Assembly (NCBI RefSeq): GCF_006345805.1
Contig: NC_043010.1
Location: 64,294,001-64,358,000, forward strand
From: Octopus sinensis
Taxonomy: Eukaryota
Length of the DNA stretch: 64,000 nucleotides
Reading direction: 5' to 3'
The notes beneath the pieces are model-generated. The model searched no databases. It worked only from the letters and a program-made list of their open reading frames with translations, and was not told the DNA's origin. The translations under genes were made by a program, and so were the position numbers. This document shows positions 55,915 through 64,000 of the stretch, piece after piece (position 1 is the first letter of the stretch; every line of letters starts with the position of its first letter).

Positions 55915-58525
55915 ATTATTTGACTCAGGTTCGTTCTTATTCTTGCTAGAATTTATGTGGGTAATAGGTTACTACCAGTAACTTTATATATCCTCAAGCT
56001 TTCGTTAATCTTTCAAGTGCTGAAAACCCTTCTGATAATCTTTCCTGTCCATAAGAGGCAAACTCTCTGTGGAAGCTCTTCAGGACATTCTATTCCAATC
56101 TCTTCCAACCATTCATCTATATCCTTACTCCCAGATCCTAATGCACCAATTATTGCAGACACAACCTTTACATATTTCATGCTCCAAATTCTCGCAATTT
56201 CAAATTTTAAAGGATTGGATTTTAAAATGTTTTTCTTCTTTCTTAACAATCCTGGAATCGAACGGACACGATGGATCAATTAGTAAGCAACTTCGCCTTT
56301 CCTTGTCTATTATTATTATATCTGGTTTATTATTTCCTAGCTTCTTATCTGTTTGAATGGGAAAATCCCATAAAATCTTGCTTTCTCCGACTCAAGCACC
56401 CTCTCAACCCAATGGTGATACCAAGTACTTTGAGCTTCAAATCCCCATTTCTGATGAAGCGCCCAGTGAAAAACTTGCAATACTTGGTCATGTCTCCATT
56501 TCGTATATTCTGTATGAGCCAACCTGGGATATTCTGCAACAATGTGCACCATTGTTTTATCTCAAATACCTCACACTTTACATTTTGCTGACACCTCCCC
56601 ATACACATATTTTTTCAAATTATTTGTTTTTATTGCTTTATCTTCAGCTGCTTTAACAAGGCATTCTGTTTCTTTTTTTAAATGCCCTTTTGTTTTTAAT
56701 GAAGCCCAGATTTTTGTTTCACGTACATCTTCAGTGGCTTTCAAATACTGACCATGCAGATTTTTTTTTCAATCTGTTTATAATGCTCTCTTTGAATATC
56801 ATTTTCGTCTTTTCCTCCTATTTCCACATTTGACCACCTGCTCTCTATTCACTGTCTTTAGTATTTTCTGTGTGTTGTTCTATAGTAGCCTACTATATTT
56901 TAGCAGGCTTTGTCTGTGTTCTTTCAAGACCATACTTCTCATGCAATCTCTAGTGAACAAACTTAGCCCTGTTATCGTGCCTCTTTTTGTATTCCTTTTG
57001 TATCAGTTTGCTAAATTCACTCACAATATGTGAGATTATTTCGTTTTTTTGATGCCATAAACCCACAAAGGAGCGATTCACTGTTCTTGTCTATTTGGAC
57101 CTTGGAGTAATTATTTCTCAGGGTTTGTTCCTGGGTACTACATATCAATGCCTATGTGCATCTCTGCTGTTCCACTGGCAGCTTGTCAGTTATTTTCAGC
57201 ATGTCATACGCACAGTTAGTTACATTCCTGACATCAAATTCCAAATCAGTAGTAAGTAGGAGAATGGCCGGTAATTTTCCACTGCATTACATTTACTGGA
57301 GTCCTTTTTGGTAAAGAGCTGCTTTCCCTGTGGAATTGCATTTTGGGATTTATACCTTGTTGTTGATCATTTTATCCATTTGCATATCTATTCTTTTGTA
57401 TAATTCTGGGAAATTTTCCAGCCATTACCTTTGAACCCCATCCGGGCCAGGACACTTCCAGTTTGAGATCATTGTTGTCTTCTCGGTCACCATTTCAGTT
57501 GATATTCGTATACTGCTCTGTTCCATTTAAATTTTCTCGGATCTTAATTCCTTCAAGCATCTTTCTGATGATTTCTTCCATTATCTCAGATGTTACTCTA
57601 AAAACTCCTACTTTCTTCAGCGTCCGGTTTCTCATTGCTGCTAACCTCTCCATCTGCTGATAAACCATTTTCTGATCCGGCTGGAACAATATATTGATTT
57701 TATGTTGTTAAATTCTGTGGTCAGATCCCTTGATTTTTGTAGCTCTGCAGGGCTATATTCAATCCCTTTTTCGTGATACTAAACCTACGTTCTAGTTTTG
57801 ATATTTCTCCGTTTTGATTTCACCTTGTTTCTTTCTTTTCAGAGTGTTGATATGCTTTTGTGATTCATTCATTGACTACATTATCCTTCTTTTCTTCCAA
57901 GGCTCTTTTGTCTCATTTCCTCTCTTACGATTTGGTTCGAGGGCTACTTTTCTTCTTATATAGATGATACTAGTTTTAACCAATCTATCTGTAGCATTTA
58001 TATTATCTTTCTTAGTTACTTTCAGTATTTTATTCATCTTCCGAGTCAACCCGCTGAGCAAAATTATACCACTTTCTTGAATTCATTTACTTCTATGTTC
58101 AAATTTTTCTGAATGATACTAGTGATATCTTCAATCATTACTGTATCCTCGTCGCTCAATCCTTCGATATTCTCAAAACTTAAGCCAGCACCATTCTCCA
58201 GAGCAACTTCATTCAATACAACTCGTCAACATTTTCTGTAACAATACAACTTCACTCACAGTGTTTTCAATCGTCTCCGTCTTCTTAATCTCATCAAACT
58301 CTAATGCTGTTAACCATTCTTTCTTCCTTATTATCCTTGCTTGGTCATGTAGACTCTCTCTGAAATATCATTCTAAAATAACATTCTATGGCAGCTATTT
58401 TCATCACCTTAGACCATTTTGTCTTGGCAACCATATAATGACGACCGGGCCTGTGCTACTCACCCACAAGGCAAGAGCCCGTCACCTGAAGTTTCGTCCA
58501 CATTTACGCTGTTGTTTGTATTAAT
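55915..58525 (-). mobile_element. Paralogous copy of the minus-strand R4/Dong element
   Basis: Near-identical ORF fragments (56013..56279, 56337..56552, 57495..57689). Confidence 0.8.
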
Positions 58526-60305
58526 ACTTTTATCCATTACTCTCATACAAAGGAAAGTGATTTAACAACCAGCAGTATTTTCATTCGAGACACTTTCTCT
58601 AGAGGGTTTGTATCAAAAAAATCATCGGGGCCTCTCTACCCTTTAAAAGTTTAAGTAAGCAATCTTGCATTGTACACCAACCCAGTACTCTGAGCGGTAA
58701 TGATCTAATCGGATGCACAACTAATGAAAAGTTGCTGTGTAGGTGACCGCTGACTCCCCTGAGTTCATCTACTCTTCAACAGGCCTTGTATTTCATCCTG
58801 AAGGGTTAGCAAATAGAAAGAAAAATACACTCTCCACAGAGCAGGTTCTGTGGAGTTGCTGGTTTAGTCGCCAACGATTCGACACTTGTGATTCAGTTGA
58901 GATAACAAAAACAACAACAACAATTATCTTTTCTAGTAAAGGCACAAGGCCTGAAGTTTTGGGGAGGGGACTAGTCGAATACATCGACCCCAGTGTTCCG
59001 CTGGTTCTTAATTTATCAACCCTGAAAGCAGGAAAGGCAAAGTCGATCTCGACGGAATTTGAACTCAGAATGTAACGATGGGTGAAATACTATTAAGCAT
59101 TTCGTCCAACGTGCTAACGACTCTACCAGCTAGCCGCCTTAACAAAAATTCCCAGGAGTGAAAATGTCAAATATAAAAATATAAAACATTGGAATGAACA
59201 AGAATGACACTAAACATTGTACACGAGGGTAGATGTGGACTATCGGAGCCTTGATTAGCAACTCACCTAGTGATGGTGTCACAATAAAAATACTGGTGGT
59301 TGCACAATCTTACAAATGGTACCTCTAAATGAGTGATGTCAAAATTAAATAATAACCACAACTGCACTAACAGGACTGGAACTGTAAACGGTAAAGATGT
59401 CGCGCTCGGCAGGCAGGGAGTATCTGGTCAAGTTCCGGCAGATTGTCATCAAGCTATTGGTCAGGACCAAAGTCGCAGTCAAAAGTGCAAAGTAAAAAGA
59501 ATGAAATGGGGGAAAAGAAGTAAACTAAATAGTAATCGAATACTGGCTGAGAAGTGAGCCAAATAAAAGAGGCTTCATGAATCAAATGAAGAGAATATGG
59601 GATGAAGAAAGGAGGCTTTGAAGCATCCGCCCTGTGACTGATAGACTAAATAAGAGTAATATGTGGGGACGACTGGGTTATGGCAGTAGAGATTGAAGAA
59701 ATTCAGAGAAACATAATAATAAATTAGCAGAAGGAGAGTGAAACAACGGTAGCAGAGAGCGGTAATGAAAGGGTAAAACAGGAAGAATATGAAACGGATG
59801 GAAGAATTGACACAAAAAAAAGCCAAATTAATAAAAAAAATGATGATAAATGCAAAGGTTTCGAATAGCATAGACTGTTCCAATAAAATAGAAGGCATCT
59901 ATATGAGGAAACAGAGGGACGCCAACACTAAGAACTGACTTGAGATGCGGAAGAAAGTAAAGAATTTGGAGGAAGACTGTAGAAAAAGCCGGCGAGATAT
60001 AAAGAAAGTGCGGAGTGGCTAACAAAACTAGAAAGGGTGTTTTGTTCAACATCCTTAAACAACCTTTATTCAGAGACCTTTTGAGCGGGATGGGTTACTC
60101 GACCAGTAGAAAATTCTAATTGTGCCCCACCTGCAAGGTCATGCGCTGTTTATCTTGATATGAGATCACCATGTTGCGCACATATAGTTGTGATGCATGT
60201 GCCTGGTGTACCCTTATCAGACGGGTAGTGATGTTGGGTATACTGGGCTTCGTATATTTTACCCCAGTGTCACTTTGATGGTATGCACTGCTCTCTCACT
60301 CAATA

Positions 60306-60354
<49 letters not shown>

Positions 60355-61074
60355 TGATAATAAAGTCAAAACTCATGTAGGACCAGAGAAAATATTAACA
60401 ATAGTAAAAAAAAGATAATAATAATATTAGTGATGATGATGATGATGATGATGATAATAATAAAGTCAAACTCATGTGGGACCAGAGAAAATATTAACAA
60501 TAGTAAAAAAAGGATAATAATAATGTTAGTAATAATAATAATAATAATAATAAATGCCGTGATGCAGTACCAGGCAGCTGCTCTCATGGCTTCTGATCTT
60601 AACTGATTGGAAGTGTTTTCATGTACATTGTTTTGTCTTGGTATAAAAGATGGGCTACAGCAAATATTCTGCTCAATACCACAGATTTGCTTGTCAGTTG
60701 TTTGACCTTAACCAGTTGAGCATGTCCCTTAGTGGCTGACGATATGTGCATCTCTGATCACGAGCAGAAGTAGTTGGGGAGCATCATAGCCATGTGTTGA
60801 GAGGGATTCTTTGGGGTTTGAATAATTCACCTCTGGAAACATGGGTGGTTCTTTCAACATACTTAAACAACCCTTATTCAGGGACCTTTTGAGCGGGATG
60901 GGCTACTCAACCTGAAGAAAATTCTAACTGGGCCCCACCTGCAAGGTCATGTGCTGTTTATCTTGATATGAGATCACCATGTCACGCATATATGGTTGTG
61001 ATGCATGTGCCTGGTGTACCCTTCGTATATTTTACCCCAGTGTCACTTTGATGGCATGCACTGCTCTCTCACTC

Positions 61075-61127
<53 letters not shown>

Positions 61128-61130
<3 letters not shown>

Positions 61131-62890
61131 AAATTTGACAGGAAAATCCGCAAGCTATTGACTTGTAATAAGATGCACCATCCAAAGGCAGATGTGGATC
61201 GTCTTTACCTTCCCAGAGCTCAGGGAGGTCGAGGTTTGATCCAGCTTGAACTTACATACAAAACGACCACAATCGGACTGGCCAAATACCTTGAAGCAAC
61301 CAACGATTGGATGCTAAGACTTGTTGAAAAACATGAAAGGCCTAAAAAACTTCACTCTATTCTCAAAGAGAGCAAAAAATTCGCTGCTGATCCCTTAGAT
61401 ACCCACCAGATTGAGCAGGGTGAAGGAAATGCACCAACTACAGCTGTAATTAAATAAAATTAATTGCAAAGACAAAAGCACATGAAAATTTAGCTAGCAG
61501 ATGGGAACAGAAACCTTTCCATGGCAAGTATGTGGCCCGTAGCAAACAAGCTGATGTCCACCAGAAACACACGCACCAATGGTTACGAAGTTCAGGGCTA
61601 AAAGCAGAGAGTGAAGGTTTCATATTGGCTGCTGAAGACCAAAGGTTTTTTACCCGGAACTACCAAGCCAATGTGATGAAAAATGGAGCTGACCCAAAAT
61701 GCCGATTCTGTAACGATGAGATTGAAACAATAGACCACCTAATCTCAGGGTGTAGAGTCTTAGCACCTGCAGAATATAAAGCAAGACATGACAGAGTCGG
61801 CCAGTATTTACACTGGACAATATGTCAGCATTACAAAATCAAAACCGCTGACGAATTGTATAAACATCATCCTGAAGCTGTGACTGAGGGAGAAAATGTG
61901 TTGATTCTATGGGTCTTCCCCATGCAGACCGACACGACTATAAAGGAATAAATGGAGAATGTACAGATGAAAAGTTGATACCAGATAACAATGAAAGTCA
62001 AAGATGTTCGAGTGACATCTGGAGCAAAGATAAGGAGCACGAAAAGGATGCTGAATGGTTATGGTTGCAAGAACTGAAACAAACAGTAGTCTGTCCAAAA
62101 CAGACAGGACTAGTCATTTTAGTTCGGAATCAGATGGAGTTCAAGGCTACTGGATCAAATGATTTGGTGAATGTCATGCACGAATAGCTGCACAAATCAA
62201 CACCTTGTTAAATGCCGACCAAGTAACACCAGAGTGGTTGACATTGGGTAGGACAGTGCTGTGCTTGAAAAACATTCGAAAAAGGCAATACGGTACACAA
62301 CTACTGGCCGATATCTTGTTTGCCACTTACGTGGAAATTATTAACTGGAATACTCGCAGAGTCAATGTACGAACATCTGGAAAAAAATTTGGAGTCCTGC
62401 CACATGAGCAGAAGGGTTGCTAGCGTAAGTGCAGAGGTACCAAGGATCAACTCCTGATAGACAAAACTGTTCTTAGAGACTGTAAGAGGAGGAAAAGTAA
62501 CTTAGCCATGTCACGGACCGACAATAGTAAGGCGTACGATATGATCCAACATTCTTGGATTATGGAATGTATGAACCTATTTGGTATTGCATCGAATGTT
62601 GAGCGATTGCTTGGAAAAAGTATGGTGAATTGGAGGACGGACCTGGCAGCATACGAAAGAAGTTTAGGGAAAGTAGAAATCAGAAAGGCATCTTCCAAGA
62701 GGACTGCCTGTCTCCATCGATCTTTGTACTGTGCTTGATTTCACTAACACTGATTCTCAGGAAAGCAAAAGCTGGGTATGTATTCAAAAGCCAGCAACAA
62801 ATAGTCAACCACTTGTTATTCATGGATGACCTCAAACTTTATGGTAAAGATGAAGCCCAAGTCAGTTCCCTCGTTGATACGATGTACTAG
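61128..62890 (+). mobile_element. Fused R4/Dong fragments (REL-side fragment joined to RT fragment)
   Basis: CRFCNDEIETIDHLISGC and RHD in ORF 61532..61951. Junction at ctataaa 61938-61944, then RT motifs to LLFMDDLKLY. Confidence 0.85.
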
Positions 62891-63355
62891 CAAGTTGAGC
62901 GATTGCTGAGAGATTTGGCTTTCTTATTTGTTTGTATATCATTGCTTTTGTTGTTGCTGATAATGTTATTTGCATTTGGGTAAACTCAGATCGAGAAGGC
63001 AGTCCCATGTTATTCAACCACTACTACTGCTGTTGTTTATATTCTGATGAATCCTGACTGATTAGAAAGATCTACGGTTATAGATATTCCACCCGTGGCC
63101 ATCTTAAGAGATATTTAGGTCTCCATTGTTTAATGTTTCTTGTTTGTAGTCTAACAGGGTATTGTTTGAGGAAGATTTGGTCGCTGTTACTAGCAGATCA
63201 ATCGAAAATATTGAGGCGCCGTAGTTGGTTAAACGATTTCCTATTATGGTTGTCTTGGTCATCAGTCATTCATTGATTTTTTGCCATCTTTTCAATTATG
63301 AAACGAGTTCTTTACTGTTTTACGCAATAAAAGGTATAATACGTTTGTTTCACAG

Positions 63356-63490
63356 TCTGCGCGAGAGGCGAGTATGGACAATATTGCACCAAAACATGTA
63401 GATGTTCTGGTTATGACAACTGCAACCCGATTTATGGCACATGTCCTAGAGGCTGTGCATCTGGATACAGGGGTTACGACTGTCAGCAAA
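63356..63490 (+). CDS. EGF-like exon A4
   Basis: tttcacAG acceptor, GTAAGT donor, 135 nt. CARGEYGQYCTKTCRCSGYDNCNPIYGTCPRGCASGYRGYDCQQ. Confidence 0.92.
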
Positions 63491-64000
63491 GTAAGTATAC
63501 GTCTATACTAATAATCAAACTATTTCCCCACAACTCACACACATGATCTGTTCTTAACTTTAATTAAGTGGGATACAAGTGCATAAACTCATTAAAAATT
63601 TTTTTTCTGTTTGATATTGAGATGTCTTACTTAAAATTTTGATTGTTATAATCTAAGCTTAACAATGTCTATCTCACCTATATACATGTATTGTATATAG
63701 GTATTGTATATACATGTATTGTATATACATGTATTGAGTTATTCAAGTTGTCGTACTCTCTACAAGAGCATAAGTATATAAATACTTATTTTGCTAAGTA
63801 TTGAGTTATGTTGAACTAGCACTATGACCTGGCAACGCTGGGTCATAGTGCTAGTGCATGCATATACAGCTGCGTGCATGCACACATACACGCGAGTACT
63901 GTCCAAATCTCCGACCAATCACATACAGCTAGCTGGCATTCAATTGGCGTATCAAGTTTCGGGCATTTTGATTGGGTTTTGGAAAGAAAATTCACAAAAA
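63356..64000 (+). repeat. Start of tandem unit 4
   Basis: Exon A4 plus downstream intron; first 110 nt identical to 43719-43828. Confidence 0.9.

Larger units (their letters stand above)
43584..63355 (+). repeat. Tandem segmental unit 3 (19.8 kb; exons A,B,C)
   Basis: Same order of features. One Helitron and no CR1. B2-B3 spacing 19813, C2-C3 spacing 19814. Confidence 0.92.

Overview
AT-rich, microsatellite- and transposon-dense eukaryotic DNA. It is most likely from a coleoid cephalopod (Octopus-like), an inference from a recognisable tRNA-derived SINE and the (TAA)n/LINE landscape. The whole window is a tandem segmental array of about 16-23 kb units (starts at 4519, 20223, 43584, 63356) lying inside one plus-strand gene. 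Each complete unit carries three tiny symmetrical phase-1 exons (A 135 nt, B 135 nt, C 132 nt), each encoding one 8-Cys EGF/laminin-EGF-like module of the MEGF10/Draper/SCARF type. Nine exons are visible (A1,B1,A2,B2,C2,A3,B3,C3,A4). B1 to A4 splice into an uninterrupted 358-codon frame. The rest (about 98%) is intron filled with duplicated TE debris: R4/Dong, CR1 and L1/Tx1 non-LTR fragments, SINEs, a non-autonomous Helitron carrying a piggyBac transposase fragment, and a solo LTR. Main discovery: introns of paralogous units are nearly identical next to the exons, yet the exons differ by 23-27%. My hand count gives 58 amino-acid changes versus 2 purely silent codon changes over three exon pairs, with all cysteines kept. 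This looks like a rapidly diversifying, modular EGF-repeat recognition protein. TE boundaries are approximate, all counts are manual, and no database searches were run.
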